From Candidatus Anaerobiospirillum stercoravium (lineage in GTDB: Bacteria; Pseudomonadota; Gammaproteobacteria; Enterobacterales; Succinivibrionaceae), in the NCBI GenBank assembly GCA_019113025.1, contig DXIF01000103.1, positions 1 to 59,803 on the forward strand: DNA of 59,803 nucleotides, given 5' to 3'. The notes below the pieces were generated by a model that saw nothing but the letters and a program-made list of their open reading frames with translations, did no database searches and was not told the DNA's origin. Position numbers and translations under genes: made by a program. This document shows positions 13,792 through 26,038 of the stretch, piece by piece (the stretch's first letter is position 1; each line of letters starts with the position of its first letter).

Positions 13792-13868
13792 GGTTTTAGG
13801 CTGAGGCCTTAATTCAAGGCCTGGGGCCTTGGTTTGAGGCTTGAGCCTTGGTTCAAGGCTTGGGCCTT
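13792..13868 (+). repeat. 4x ~19-bp degenerate tandem repeat upstream of pntA
   Basis: ggttttaggctgaggcctt / aattcaaggcctggggcctt / ggtttgaggcttgagcctt / ggttcaaggcttgggcctt. Confidence 0.7.
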
Positions 13869-14549
13869 AATCCTTAGACATGCTTAAACGGGACTAAGGC
13901 TACCCTTGTCCCTGATCGGATGGCGCAAAATGCCATCGACTGCGGCGTTAAAGCTGATGTTCCAAGGCAGAAACGACTAACCGCCTCAAAGCTTATGCTG
14001 GTCAAAGCTTACGCTTTTAGGAGCTTGCGCTTGTGAGGCTTGGTGAGGTGTGGGCTTTGCCTTGATGGGTAAACCCAGCTGACCGACAGTAGCAAGTTGA
14101 TCCATTGCCCATCATGCAAAATAGCGCTGCAACTAGCAATAACAGCCGCGTGACTTTTAGAGCGAGGCCACAAAATATTAAGCTCGCGCCAGCGCCCAGC
14201 TGATCAGGCTTGAGCTAAGCTAACACAGCTTTAAGTCCATAATCTGACCCGCGCCATTTTGAACCGAATGTGCTCCATATTAGTAAATAATGGGGTACAT
14301 TCGTGCTCACTGGTATGCCACCTAACAAGAGGGATGTTCGCCCTTGGGGCAGCGCTTGGTCGGGGGGGTAAGGTTTTCGCGCGGTGGGCGCGCACCTCCC
14401 GTGCTAAAATAAGCCGTTTTTGACCTTTGACTTGACTTGGCCTTAAGGCCGAGGATGCGGGCGACCGCGCGGCGCACGGTACTGTTGCACTTGTGGCATG
14501 GGGGCGGGGCGCGGGATCGGATTTTTTGGGTTTGTGCGAGGACGCATGC

Positions 14550-15710
14550 GTGTTACGTAGTGACTTTAACTTTGACTTGCCCCACGAGCTGATTGCAAAC
14601 TTCCCCAGCGCTGAGCGGACGGCGTGCCGGATGCTGTGCTTGGACGGCAATAGCGGCGCGCTGCAAGACCGAACCTTTATCGATTTAAAGTCGCTCTTGG
14701 AGCCAGGCGACCTCTTGGTCTTCAATGACACCAAGGTGATCCCAGCCCGCATCTACGGTCACAAGGATACCGGCGGTAAGTGCGAGTTCTTAATTGAGCG
14801 CGTGCTCAATGAGCGCGAGGCTTTAAGCCATATTAAGGCCTCCAAGGCCCCTAAGGCCGGGAGTGTGCTCTATGTGGGGACGGAAACTGAGCCGTCTAAG
14901 TACAGCTTTGAGGTCTTGGGGCGCTCGGGCGATTTGTTCCATATCAAGTGCGCCGAGCACACCAAGGTGCTCGACATCTTGGACGATATCGGTCATATCC
15001 CGCTGCCCCCTTACATTCAGCGCCCTGATGAGAGCGCCGACAAAGAGCGCTATCAGACCGTGTACTCGCGCGAGCCGGGCGCGGTCGCAGCACCAACTGC
15101 AGGCCTGCATTTTGATGAGGCGCAGCTAGAAGAGCTCAAGGCCTATGGCGTCGATCTGGCCTTTGTCACCTTGCATGTGGGCGCGGGGACCTTCCAGCCG
15201 GTGCGTGAGGATGACATCTTAAAGCACCATATGCACAGCGAGCTAGTGCAGTTATCCGAGGAAGTAGCGCAAAAGGTAATTGACACCCACAAGCGCGGCA
15301 AGCGCGTGATTGCGGTGGGGACCACGGCGGTACGCTCCCTAGAAAGCGCTGCCACCTATGCCAAGGCCCAGGGCTTGTCCGAGGAGATCTGCGCCTTCCA
15401 TAACGACACCTCGATCTTTATCTACCCGGGCTATCACTATCAGGTGGTCGATGCCCTGATTACCAATTTCCACCTGCCTGAGTCGACTTTGATCATGCTG
15501 GTGTGCGCGTTTGCCGGCTTTAAGAACACCATTACCGCATATGAGCACGCGGTGGCTGAGCGCTACAAATTCTTTAGCTATGGTGATTGCATGTTCATCA
15601 ACAAGCGCACGCAGCCTATTGATTTGCCGCCATCGTGTACCCCAGAGGAGGCCGCGGCCGCGCAGGCGGCCGCGGGCGCTCAGCACTTTGGCCAAGGCCC
15701 TCAGGTTTAA
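14550..15710 (+). CDS. queA: SAM:tRNA ribosyltransferase-isomerase
   Basis: GTG start after GAGGA ([15 protein letters not shown]); [48 protein letters not shown]. Confidence 0.97.
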   Translation: MLRSDFNFDLPHELIANFPSAERTACRMLCLDGNSGALQDRTFIDLKSLLEPGDLLVFNDTKVIPARIYGHKDTGGKCEFLIERVLNEREALSHIKASKAPKAGSVLYVGTETEPSKYSFEVLGRSGDLFHIKCAEHTKVLDILDDIGHIPLPPYIQRPDESADKERYQTVYSREPGAVAAPTAGLHFDEAQLEELKAYGVDLAFVTLHVGAGTFQPVREDDILKHHMHSELVQLSEEVAQKVIDTHKRGKRVIAVGTTAVRSLESAATYAKAQGLSEEICAFHNDTSIFIYPGYHYQVVDALITNFHLPESTLIMLVCAFAGFKNTITAYEHAVAERYKFFSYGDCMFINKRTQPIDLPPSCTPEEAAAAQAAAGAQHFGQGPQV

Positions 15711-15783
15711 CTCATTCTTGGTTTAACTCAGCCCTGGGTTAACTCAGCCCTAGGTTAACTCAGCCCTGGGTTAACTCACCCCT
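15704..15783 (+). repeat. 5x 16-bp tandem repeat starting in the queA stop codon
   Basis: ggtttaactcattctt ggtttaactcagccct gggttaactcagccct aggttaactcagccct gggttaactcacccct; no spacers. Confidence 0.9.
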
Positions 15784-15794
15784 TTCCCTCCTAA

Positions 15795-16940
<1,146 letters not shown>

Positions 16941-17303
16941 TACCCGCAGCGGTGCGGCCTCAAAGGGCCGCCCCCAAGGGGGCCGTACCCAAAGCACCGC
17001 TCCCAAGGGAGCGGCCCCTAGGCGGGGCCCCAAGGGGTGGCCCGCGCGGCGCAATATCACATTGTCTGCGGACAAAACTTGACTTTGATTGGACTTTGCT
17101 CAAAAAATAATACTTTTTGCCAAGTGCCGGAGCGCAGTGGTGGGCGGTGCACCGTTTTTGCCCTAAGGCAGAGCTCAGAGTCTTTAGGTATGGTGCCCTC
17201 AAGGTCACAGCGTCAGGCTAAGCGCCTCGGGCGTTCGCCCAATTTTAGGGGTGCATCCCTAGGACGGGGCTCGGACCCTTGTGCGGGGCTCAGTTCCCCT
17301 GCA

Positions 17304-17357
17304 GGGCGCAGGTCCCATGCGGAGCGCAAGTTCCATACGGGGCGCAGGTCCTATGCG
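17304..17357 (+). repeat. 3x 18-bp degenerate tandem repeat upstream of yajC
   Basis: gggcgcaggtcccatgcg gagcgcaagttccatacg gggcgcaggtcctatgcg. Confidence 0.7.
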
Positions 17358-17399
17358 GGCTTGGTTTTGCTGTTTTGGTTGAACAATAAAGGTATTTAA

Positions 17400-17732
17400 A
17401 TGGACATTATCTCGGTAGCTCACGCTGAAGCCGCGGCTCCAGCTCCGGGCGGCGACATGAACATGCTCATCATCCTCGTAGTGTGCATGGTCGCGGTCTA
17501 CTTCTTCGTCATGCGCCCTAACAACAAGAAGCGCAAGGAGATGCAAAATCTCTTAAACGGCTTAGCCGTCGGCGATGAGGTACTCACCAATGGCGGTATC
17601 GCCGGTAAGGTGGTCAAGCTCCCTGACAACAAGGAGTACGTCATGGTCAACGTGGGTAACGATGTAGTGTTACAGATGAAGCGCAACTACATTGTTGCGG
17701 TTCTGCCTAAGGGCACCATTGAGTCAATGTAA
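17400..17732 (+). CDS. yajC: Preprotein translocase subunit YajC
   Basis: YFFVMRPNNKKRKE, LAVGDEVLTNGGIAG, AVLPKGTI; between tgt and secD. Confidence 0.96.
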   Translation: MDIISVAHAEAAAPAPGGDMNMLIILVVCMVAVYFFVMRPNNKKRKEMQNLLNGLAVGDEVLTNGGIAGKVVKLPDNKEYVMVNVGNDVVLQMKRNYIVAVLPKGTIESM

Positions 17733-17934
17733 CCTGAAGCTGGGAGGAAAGCCGTGCGGCTATTCTCCCAGCTGACAAAATGGCACATACAAATGCCGCC
17801 GCCTGGTGCGTCTTAGCATTTGTCCTTTGTGCCATTTTGCGTTTTGAGGCGGCTTGCGCGCCTAGATGTGGCCCAGCCTGAGGGTTGCCCCCCTGTGGCC
17901 TCTGAGGCGGCCAACGCTTTTCTTGGATTAGATT

Positions 17935-19815
17935 GTGTTAAACAAATTTCCCTTGTGGAAGAATCTCCTCGTGTTCTTTATCATCTTGGTGGGATTCTTC
18001 TACGCTTTGCCCAACCTATACGGCGAAGACCCGGCCTTGCAGGTGAGCGGCACCAACGGCAATCCCGTGACCGCCGAAGTTGCCACCTCGGTGGATAACC
18101 TCTTAAAGAGCAAGAACATCACCGGTGTATCCGAGCTTGATGAGCAAGGCCAACTGTTAATTCGCTTCAACAATACTGATGACCAGATCATGGCCAAAGA
18201 TCTGGTCCAAGATTACTTAGGCGAGCGCTATATCACGGCCTTAAACTTAGCGCCTGCCACCCCAGCCTTTATGCGTGCCCTAGGCATGCATCCGCTCAAG
18301 CTGGGCTTGGACTTGCGTGGTGGCGTGCACTTCTTGATGGAAGTCGATATGGACGAAGCCATGAAGAAGATGCGCGAGCAGCTGGTATCTGATTTGCGCA
18401 ATGAGTTGCGTGAGAACAATCTGCGCTTGGCCGGAGCCCGGGCTGAAGGTGAGGATGTAGTCATCACCTTCCGTGATGCCCCAACCCGCGATGCCGCGCT
18501 GGATTTACTCAAGAAAAATCACCGCGACTTCATCTTCACTGCCTTTGAGCGCTCCGATCGCTACTTCATTCGCGCCGCCTTAACCCAAGCGCGCTTATCG
18601 CAGATTCGTACCAGCGCGGTCGATCAGAACATCAACATTCTGCGTAATCGTGTCAACGAATTAGGTGTGGCCGAGCCGTTAATTCAGCGTCAAGGCGCCG
18701 AGCGGGTGGTAGTTGAGTTGCCTGGTGTGCAAGACACCGCACGCGCCAAGGAAATCTTAGGTGCAACCGCCACCTTAGAGTTCCGCTTGGTTGACTCCAA
18801 CGCTGACATCAACGCCGCACTCAATGGTCGGGTGCCACCTAACGATGAGCTGCACTATGATCGCAATGGTTATCCGGTGATCTTGGAAAAGCGCGTGATC
18901 TTAACCGGTGACCACATCATCGACGCTTCCTCGTCGACCGATGAGAATGGTCGTCCGCAGGTTAATATCTCGCTTGATGCCCGCGGCGGCTCGATCATGT
19001 CCCAGTTCACTAAGGACAATGTGGGCAAGGCCATGGCGACCAACTTCATTGAGTTCAAGGTCGAAGAAAACGACGACCCGAACGCCCCTAAGATTGGTCA
19101 GCCCGGCTATAAGCCAAAGTTTAAGAAGGTCGAGCAAGTCATTAACGTGGCGACCATTCAGTCGCGTTTAGGTTCGAACTTCCGTATCACTGGTATCGAT
19201 TCCTCGCGTGAGGCGCACAACTTAGCGCTCTTATTACGCGCCGGTGCCTTAATTGCGCCGATTCAGATTGTCGAAGAGCGCACCATTGGTCCATCCTTAG
19301 GTCAAGAGAACATTGATAACAGCTTACGCGCTATGCTCTATGGCTTCACCGCCTTAGGCTTGTTCATGCTCTTGTACTACAAGGCCTTTGGTTTTATCGC
19401 CAATCTTGCCTTGTTCTTTGACCTCGTGTTAGTGGTCGGTGTGATGTCGATGATTCCGGGCGCGACCATGACCTTGCCGGGTATTGCCGGTATTGTGCTC
19501 ACCATCGGTATGGCGGTGGACGCTAACGTGCTGGTCTACGAACGTATTCGTGAAGAGCTCAGGGCAGGACGGCCGGTACAGCTCGCGATTCACGAAGGCT
19601 ATGCCCGAGCTTTTGCCACGATCGCTGACTCTAACATCACGTCCTTTATCACCGCTTTCATCTTGTTCATGGTGGGTACCGGTGCGGTCAAGGGCTTTGC
19701 TTTAGTCTTGATGGTGGGTCTTGCGACCTCGATGTTTACCACCGTAACGGCCTGCCGTGCCGTTGTAAACCTGATTTGGGGTGGTAGACAGAATCTCAAG
19801 ACGCTGAGCATTTAG
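17935..19815 (+). CDS. secD: Protein translocase subunit SecD
   Basis: [60 protein letters not shown]. Confidence 0.98.
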   Translation: MLNKFPLWKNLLVFFIILVGFFYALPNLYGEDPALQVSGTNGNPVTAEVATSVDNLLKSKNITGVSELDEQGQLLIRFNNTDDQIMAKDLVQDYLGERYITALNLAPATPAFMRALGMHPLKLGLDLRGGVHFLMEVDMDEAMKKMREQLVSDLRNELRENNLRLAGARAEGEDVVITFRDAPTRDAALDLLKKNHRDFIFTAFERSDRYFIRAALTQARLSQIRTSAVDQNINILRNRVNELGVAEPLIQRQGAERVVVELPGVQDTARAKEILGATATLEFRLVDSNADINAALNGRVPPNDELHYDRNGYPVILEKRVILTGDHIIDASSSTDENGRPQVNISLDARGGSIMSQFTKDNVGKAMATNFIEFKVEENDDPNAPKIGQPGYKPKFKKVEQVINVATIQSRLGSNFRITGIDSSREAHNLALLLRAGALIAPIQIVEERTIGPSLGQENIDNSLRAMLYGFTALGLFMLLYYKAFGFIANLALFFDLVLVVGVMSMIPGATMTLPGIAGIVLTIGMAVDANVLVYERIREELRAGRPVQLAIHEGYARAFATIADSNITSFITAFILFMVGTGAVKGFALVLMVGLATSMFTTVTACRAVVNLIWGGRQNLKTLSI

Positions 19816-19823
19816 GAGGGGGC

Positions 19824-20771
19824 ATGTTACAGGTTATTAAGGACACCACCGTAATTCCTTTCATGAAGTTAAAGGAAGTGGTGGAAATCCTGTGTATCGG
19901 TCTGGTGATCGCCTCCATCGTCTCGATGTGCACCAAGGGCTTAAACTGGGGTCTCGATTTTACTGGCGGTATTATCGTTGAAACCCATTACAGCTCGGCG
20001 GTGAACCTAGACGAAGTGCGCGCGGCCTATGCCGCCGAAGGCATTGAGGGCGTAGTCCAGAACTTTGGTTCCACCCGTGATGTCATGATCCGTGTGGCCC
20101 CCAAGGAGGACTTAAACCAGCAAATCGTGACCCACAAGATTGAGGCTGCCTCGGCCAAGATCGATCCTAACTACTCGATCACTCGTTCGGAGTACGTAGG
20201 TCCATCGGTCGGTGAGGAGCTGGTGGAAAGCGGCATCATCGCGGTGGTGGTCTCGCTGCTTGCGATTTTGATTTACATCGCCTTTCGCTTTGAGTGGCGT
20301 ATGGCCACGGGCGCGGTAATCTCGCTTGCTTACGACGTCATCGTGGTGATGGGCTGCTTCTCCTTCTTGCAGCTGGAGTACGACTTAACGGTGTTGGCGG
20401 CGGTCTTAACCGTCTTGGGTTACTCCCTGAACGATAAGATCGTGGTGTTCGACCGTATTCGTGAAAACGCCAGCCGCTTGCCGCGCGATATGAGCATGGA
20501 GCGCCTGTTTGACGTGTCGCTGACCCAAACGCTGTCGCGTACCATCATCACCTCGGGCACCACCTTGCTGACCGTGTTCGCCTTGCTCTTCTTTGGCGGC
20601 GACATGATTTTCGGCTTCTCCTTGGCCTTAGTCATCGGTATTATCTTCGGTACCTTCTCTTCGATTTACGTGGCTTCGACTTGGGCTCTGTTCTTAAAGA
20701 TCGAGCGCAAGAACCTGATTCCTAAGAAGATCGAGAAAAAGGAAATCGAGATGGAGTCGATGGACGACTAA
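19824..20771 (+). CDS. secF: Protein translocase subunit SecF
   Basis: GLNWGLDFTGG, EYVGPSVGEEL, GYSLNDKIVVFDRIREN, TLSRTIITSGTT; SD AGGAGG. Confidence 0.98.
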   Translation: MLQVIKDTTVIPFMKLKEVVEILCIGLVIASIVSMCTKGLNWGLDFTGGIIVETHYSSAVNLDEVRAAYAAEGIEGVVQNFGSTRDVMIRVAPKEDLNQQIVTHKIEAASAKIDPNYSITRSEYVGPSVGEELVESGIIAVVVSLLAILIYIAFRFEWRMATGAVISLAYDVIVVMGCFSFLQLEYDLTVLAAVLTVLGYSLNDKIVVFDRIRENASRLPRDMSMERLFDVSLTQTLSRTIITSGTTLLTVFALLFFGGDMIFGFSLALVIGIIFGTFSSIYVASTWALFLKIERKNLIPKKIEKKEIEMESMDD

Positions 20772-20864
20772 GGGCTACACCCTCGTCGTCTGGTCGGGTG
20801 CGGCGTCCGCCGCGCTGACGGCGAGCCCGTAATGCTGGGCTCGCCCCAGCGCCCCGCATGCGGG

Positions 20865-20913
20865 GCGCATAATAAACCCCGGTGGGCTCAGCCCACCGGG
20901 GTTTATTATGCGC
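20865..20913. terminator. Long perfect hairpin between convergent secF and smpB
   Basis: GCGCATAATAAACCCCGGTGGGC-tca-GCCCACCGGGGTTTATTATGCGC (23-bp stem). Confidence 0.8.
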
Positions 20914-20993
20914 GGCAGGCCAGCCTGCCGCTTCAGATGCGCCGTCGCAGACGCACCGGCGCCAATGCGCCGCCGTCTGGGCTGCGCCGTCAG

Positions 20994-21476
20994 CTAGGCC
21001 GACTTCTTCATCACGCGGGCCTTTTCGCGCTGCCACTGGCGCTCGCGAATGGTGTCGCGCTTATCGTGCTCTTGCTTACCGCGGGCGAGGGCAATCTCAA
21101 GCTTAGCCCATGAGCCCTTCCAATACAGGCGCAGTGGCATCAGGGTGTAGCCCTGACGCTGGACTTGGCCCATGAGCTTGTTGATCTCGCGGCGGTTCAT
21201 GAGCAGGGTGCGGGTGCGCGTCGGGTCGCATACCACAAAGGCGCACGAGGTCTTAAGGGGATTGATCGTCGCGCCCAAGAGCAGCATCTGACCATCCTTG
21301 ACCGTAACGTAAGCCTCCGAGATGTTGGCCTTGCCCGCACGCAAGGCTTTGACTTCCCAGCCTTGTAAGGACAAGCCCGCTTCGTAGCGCTCTTCGATGA
21401 AGTAATCGTGGCGTGCCCGACGGTTTTCGGCGATCAGGCTGCCGGAGTTACCATTATTCTTCTTTTTGCCAGCCAT
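20994..21476 (-). CDS. smpB: SsrA-binding protein
   Basis: IAENRRARHDYFIEERYEAGLSLQGWEVKALR, DPTRTRTLL, ARGKQEHDKR. Confidence 0.98.
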   Translation of the reverse strand: MAGKKKNNGNSGSLIAENRRARHDYFIEERYEAGLSLQGWEVKALRAGKANISEAYVTVKDGQMLLLGATINPLKTSCAFVVCDPTRTRTLLMNRREINKLMGQVQRQGYTLMPLRLYWKGSWAKLEIALARGKQEHDKRDTIRERQWQREKARVMKKSA

Positions 21477-21802
21477 AGTGGCGTACTCTCACCAAGGAAA
21501 ATAGGCAGCAAACAGGGCCTTACGCAATTTGGCCCATGCCTCAACCAAAACAAAAACGTCCATATTCATGCTGCTTACGGTAGCTTCCTGCGTAAGGCAG
21601 TGCAGTTGCTCCGTGACTGGGGGAACGGTTGCCACCAAGCTCACGCATCTTAGCACAATACCATGGACGCTGCCCTCACTTGTCGCCCCAGCGCAGGCTA
21701 AGCCAAGGTAAGCCATGCTCAGCTCAGCTTAGCTAAGCCATGGCATAATTTTCGCTCAAAAGGGAGCGATGGACGGTTCCAGTTCAGAGGATGTGCAAAG
21801 GG

Positions 21803-21857
21803 AGCTCAGTAGAAACTTTGAGAAAGCTCAGTAGGAACGCTGAGTAAGCTCAGTGGG
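21803..21857 (+). repeat. ~22-bp degenerate tandem repeat (AGCTCAGT core x3) in the smpB-MCP spacer
   Basis: agctcagtagaaactttgagaa agctcagtaggaacgctgagta agctcagtggg. Confidence 0.7.
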
Positions 21858-22247
21858 CGCGGATCCGCCGCAGCCCAGAGCCAGCGCCTGAGCCGCAGTT
21901 AGGTTCTAGCGGTGCACGGTCGGTGCTTGAAACGCCTTTGAAGCGCACCTGATTTTGGGGCCGGGGGGATCTGTGCAAAACGTTTGCGCTCCCGCTAAAG
22001 ATGGTAAGATATGAGCCAAATTGGTTGCAAAACCATAAGGGAGCTCAAGCTAGCCCTAAGGCGTGCCCCCTTGGTGGTAGGCTCGGCTCAAACGTGGTCT
22101 TGTGGGCGGCGTCCTGAAGGCTATTACGGGTCCAACCTATGACTTTGGCGCGGCGCTGTTATTAGGTGAAAGGGGCGCTGAGCTAGGGTTGCTTGGGGCT
22201 AAATGCTGATGCCGTGCGCGATGCGCACCAAGCGAGCAGGGATGATT

Positions 22248-24164
22248 ATGACTGAGAACAATTCGGCGGTTAACTTCGATCAGAGCGCAGGAATGGATCA
22301 CGCCGCTTCTTATGACGATACTCAGATCAAGTCCGCAGCTAATGCCGGGTCTGCTGCAGCAAAAGCGCTGCGCAGCAAGCAAGGTCCAAGCTCACTGGAT
22401 CGGATGGAGCTCGCGCGCCAAGGCGCCAGTGAAGTCGTGGCACGGCCACACCTGCCGTTTTTGTCCTCGCTCTTTAAGTTGCGCTTTTCGGGCATGTCCA
22501 TTGTCCACCGCCTCTATCTGTGCGTGGGCATCACTTTTTTGATGTTCTTAGTGGCCACGGTCGTGGTGTGCATCATGTCCCAGGGCCAAAAGTACGAGGC
22601 CTCAGGCTCGTCAGGTTTGGCGCAAGTGCAGCGTTACAGCAACAATATCAGTGCGGGGATCTTAGAGCTGGAAAATGCCATCCACGCCTTAGTGGTGGGG
22701 CAAAGCGCCGGTAACTTAGCTGAGGCCAAGGTTACCGCGGCGCTGCAATCGTTGCAGCAAAATTACTCTAGTTTGCAGCGCGCCCTAGCGACCGTGGCGT
22801 CAGGGCCGGTGCGCGAGACCTTAGAGCGCGCGATCTCCAGCGATTTGCAGCCACACATGGTCAAGCTCGCCTCCAGCTCCCAGCAGATTGTGGCGACTTA
22901 CAGCTCCGACCGTGAGCTGGCAGCCCGTTACGCCTATGAGCAGTCCTCAGGTGAGCTCATGCCCGCGTTATCGATTGTGCGCCGCCTCATCACCGTGGTT
23001 ACCACCAGCACATTAGAGCGCCAGCAAGCGGCCAACGAAGTAATGGTCTGGATTCAGGCCTCGCTCTTCTTAGGCTTGGGCATTTCGCTGTGCGTCATCA
23101 TTCTCACTAATATCACGATTCGCCGCTCGTTGCGCCGCGACACCAACTTGCTGCTGCAGCGTCTGATGCGCATGGCACAAGGTGATATGCGCGATAAGGT
23201 GGAACTCAAGGCGCGCGATGAGATTGGCTCGATTGGCCGTTTAGTTGACTATGTGGTCGACAACACCAATGGCACGCTGTCCTTGGTCAAGAGCGACGTC
23301 GACAAGCTCTATCACATGGTCAACACCAACTTAGCCTCGATTGATGCGGCCAATGACGCGATCTCGGTGCAGCGCAATACCGCCCAAAGCGTCGCGTCCT
23401 CGACCGCGGAGATGGAGAGTTCGGTTGAGAAGGTTACCGAGTTTGCCAAGTCGACCTTAGAAGAGGTCAAGAGCGCCGAAGAGGCCTCGGACACTTGCCG
23501 TCGCACCATGCAGGACAACATCACGACCACCCACAGCCTGTCGGATCGGCTGCGTGCCTCCTCTGAGGCCATCAACAAGATTCACATGATGAGCTCGCAG
23601 ATTGAGTCTATTGTGAAGACCATTGCCGACATTGCCGACCAGACCAATCTGCTCGCCTTAAACGCGACCATTGAGTCGGCCCGGGCCGGTGAGTCCGGCC
23701 GTGGCTTTGCCATCGTGGCCGATGAGATTCGTGAGCTTGCGATCAAGACCGCCAAGTCGACCAAGGAAGTCAGCCAGACCATTAACCTCTTGGAGCAGGC
23801 AGTCACCAACTCGGTCAACGTGATGGCCTCATGCGAAAGCGAGATGGACAACTCGCTGCAGCAAAGCTCGCGCGCCAATTCCTCGATTGAAGAGATTATG
23901 GGCATCATCGCCACCATCTCGGACATGTCCGAGCAAATCGTGATGTCGTGTCAGCTTCAGACCAACTCGGCCTCGGAGATCAACCAGAGCATTGCCCACA
24001 TCTCCAAGCTGGCTGAGGACAGCTACGACCAGATGGCGGAGCTCCAGACCAATATGCACGAGCTCAACGCCTTGGCCACCAACCAAGCCAAGGTCCTAGG
24101 CAAGTTCAAGTTGGCGCAAGTTACCGCCAGCGCGGCGGCGTCGGCCGATACCGCCTCGGCGTAA
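22248..24164 (+). CDS. Methyl-accepting chemotaxis protein (2 TM, helical sensor, HAMP, signalling domain)
   Basis: [40 protein letters not shown]; HAMP ([14 protein letters not shown]); start uncertain (22203-22248). Confidence 0.93.
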   Translation: MTENNSAVNFDQSAGMDHAASYDDTQIKSAANAGSAAAKALRSKQGPSSLDRMELARQGASEVVARPHLPFLSSLFKLRFSGMSIVHRLYLCVGITFLMFLVATVVVCIMSQGQKYEASGSSGLAQVQRYSNNISAGILELENAIHALVVGQSAGNLAEAKVTAALQSLQQNYSSLQRALATVASGPVRETLERAISSDLQPHMVKLASSSQQIVATYSSDRELAARYAYEQSSGELMPALSIVRRLITVVTTSTLERQQAANEVMVWIQASLFLGLGISLCVIILTNITIRRSLRRDTNLLLQRLMRMAQGDMRDKVELKARDEIGSIGRLVDYVVDNTNGTLSLVKSDVDKLYHMVNTNLASIDAANDAISVQRNTAQSVASSTAEMESSVEKVTEFAKSTLEEVKSAEEASDTCRRTMQDNITTTHSLSDRLRASSEAINKIHMMSSQIESIVKTIADIADQTNLLALNATIESARAGESGRGFAIVADEIRELAIKTAKSTKEVSQTINLLEQAVTNSVNVMASCESEMDNSLQQSSRANSSIEEIMGIIATISDMSEQIVMSCQLQTNSASEINQSIAHISKLAEDSYDQMAELQTNMHELNALATNQAKVLGKFKLAQVTASAAASADTASA

Positions 24165-24304
24165 CCGCGCGCGGGGCCGCGGCCTAACGGCCTAACAGCC
24201 GCGTCCGCCGCCGCAGGCCCGCCGCGCCTTAGTCCGGCTGACGCGCGCGCCTTTGTCAGGCCGCCGCTAGCAGCAGCGGCGCTAACTTCAAGTTGCTTAC
24301 AACC

Positions 24305-24337
24305 AAGAAGGCTGAGTGCAGAGCACCGGCCTTTTTT
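24305..24337 (+). terminator. Probable intrinsic terminator after the MCP
   Basis: aagaaggctgagtgc..gcaccggcctttttt, imperfect stem plus T-tract. Confidence 0.55.
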
Positions 24338-24619
24338 ATTGTCGGCGTTTATTGCCGGCGTTGGCGGTTGGCGCGAAAACTCAGGATGGGGTGTACATAT
24401 GCAGGATTTTGGACCAAGCCCTAAAAGGTCAAGACACAGCTTCCCGCCAAATCAAGCTTAAAGCTCATAAATGGCGGAGAAAGGCTGGGACTATCTGAGG
24501 TTAGAGCTTATTGCAAGTCCGCAATCCTGCATATGGACGCAGGCTCGGTGCTGGCAGCGCAGTGGGATGGTCGCACGCAGGGATTGCTGCGCTTGGGGCT
24601 GGTTGAGCTGGTTGGCGCC

Positions 24620-24647
24620 TTGCATTTGGGGCGCACTGTGCTAAAAT
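24620..24647 (+). promoter_or_regulatory. sigma70 promoter of rpsO
   Basis: TTGCAT-16 nt-TAAAAT with extended TG and a GC-rich discriminator (GCGCGCC). Confidence 0.7.
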
Positions 24648-24656
24648 GCGCGCCGC

Positions 24657-24716
24657 TACCCTTCCTGAGTTTGTGATCGGAAAGGGCGTATCGTTATCAC
24701 AAAGGAGCAATGCACA
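24657..24716 (+). ncRNA. Ribosomal protein S15 leader (autoregulatory pseudoknot, variant)
   Basis: CCCTTCC-TGAGTTTGTGATC-GGAAAGGG stem-loop resembles the E. coli CUGAAUUAGAGAUCGG core; loop TTTGTGAT is complementary to ATCACAAA next to the SD. Confidence 0.7.
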
Positions 24717-24986
24717 ATGGCATTAACTGTCGAGCAGAAGGCAAAGATCGTTTCTGAGTTTGGTCGTGGCGCTAACGACACTGGCTCTCCTGAGGTCCAG
24801 ATCGCCTTACTGACCTACCGTATCGCTGATCTTCAGCCTCACTTCCAAGCCAACAAGAAGGATCACCACTCCCGTCGTGGTCTTCTGCGCATGGTAGCTC
24901 AGCGTCGTCGCTTATTAGACTACTTAAAGTCCTGCGACCACGGCCGCTACTTAGCCATCGTTGAGAAGTTAAAGCTCCGTCGCTAG
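24717..24986 (+). CDS. rpsO: 30S ribosomal protein S15
   Basis: [32 protein letters not shown], 89 aa. Confidence 0.99.
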   Translation: MALTVEQKAKIVSEFGRGANDTGSPEVQIALLTYRIADLQPHFQANKKDHHSRRGLLRMVAQRRRLLDYLKSCDHGRYLAIVEKLKLRR

Positions 24987-25027
24987 TTCGACCTATAGCT
25001 TGAGGTACTCCTGCCTCATCACAGGAG

Positions 25028-25055
25028 AAAAAGGGCGACTTAGGTCGCCTTTTTT
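25028..25055 (+). terminator. Intrinsic terminator after rpsO
   Basis: aaaaagGGCGAC-ttag-GTCGCCtttttt. Confidence 0.85.
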
Positions 25056-26038
25056 ATTGGCCGCGCCGCGCCGCGTCCCAGCGCCACATCTCAGCTCAGC
25101 TCTCTTCCTCTGCTGGCGTGCTTGGCGCCGCGTCTGTGCCGCCTCTGCGCCGCAGGCCAGCCGTGCCGCTCCCTCTTGGGACTGAGCGTGCGCCCCCAAC
25201 CCTGCGCCGCGCCGTGCGCAGTGCCCCACGCCGTGCGCAATGCCCCGCGCCGTGCCAATCAACTAGTTTGCTCGCTCTATCTTGTTTCTGCCTCATCTTT
25301 TTCGCCGGTAGGCAGTAAGCGCCTTGGCGGCACTTACAGCGCATCACTTCCTCTGTGCGTCCTCCGTGCGTCCTCCGTGCGCCTCTTCCTTTGTATCGCA
25401 GTGCCGCTCTGCTTTTGGTTGACTGGGGGCAGCCGGGGAGCTGGTTCTGTTGAGGCACTGCGCCTCACGCGCTAAGCCCACTACGAACTCAGTGTGCTGT
25501 CGGCGTCCACGCCTATGCCTATGCCTACGCTTGCGCCGACGTCTGGGGCGTGAAGCGCTTGAAAACGTCGTTGGGCGCAACAATCTTGAGTATTTGCAGA
25601 TGCCATTATCAGCGCTTTCCCCTATAATGGTGTGCCAACTTGTCATAAGTGTATTTTGCTCGGGTGTTGCGCGCGTTATGGCTGCGTGCGGCACGGAACA
25701 TAAGATTTTTGCCACTTTCTCTTTGTTAAGAGCGCACGTTTTGCTTTAGGCCTAAAGCTTGATCTCAGGCTTCAGGCGTTTGAGTTTGGAATTTGCGCGC
25801 TGTTACCTCACAAAGTGACCATACTGCCCTACTGGTTGGTATGGTGGGTTTGCTTGGTCTTCTTGTGAGCCGAATTTTAGTGGTGCTGACGACACCTCGC
25901 TTGGGTCTTGGTTTCCAGTAGTTTTATTTAGCAGCGGGCTGCTGCACGCGCCTTGGGGGTGAATCAAGGTGGGGAAACTTCAGGCGGGGGCCGGGGCGCC
26001 CATGCGGAATAAAAGAAAGGGATCGGAGAAATTTTTTG

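Noticed and set aside
15704-15783. CRISPR array
   Set aside because: The units are 16 bp, head-to-tail with no unique spacers, and there are no cas genes in the window.
21803-21857. Mini-CRISPR or iteron array
   Set aside because: Only three degenerate units; the intervening sequences resemble each other (tandem duplication); no rep or cas gene.
21477-22200. tmRNA (ssrA) next to smpB
   Set aside because: No GGGGCTGATTCTGG-like 5' end, tag reading frame or TCCACCA 3' end was found on either side of smpB.
22195-22225. Sigma28 promoter for the MCP
   Set aside because: TAAA is present but the -10 match to GCCGATAA and the spacing are poor.
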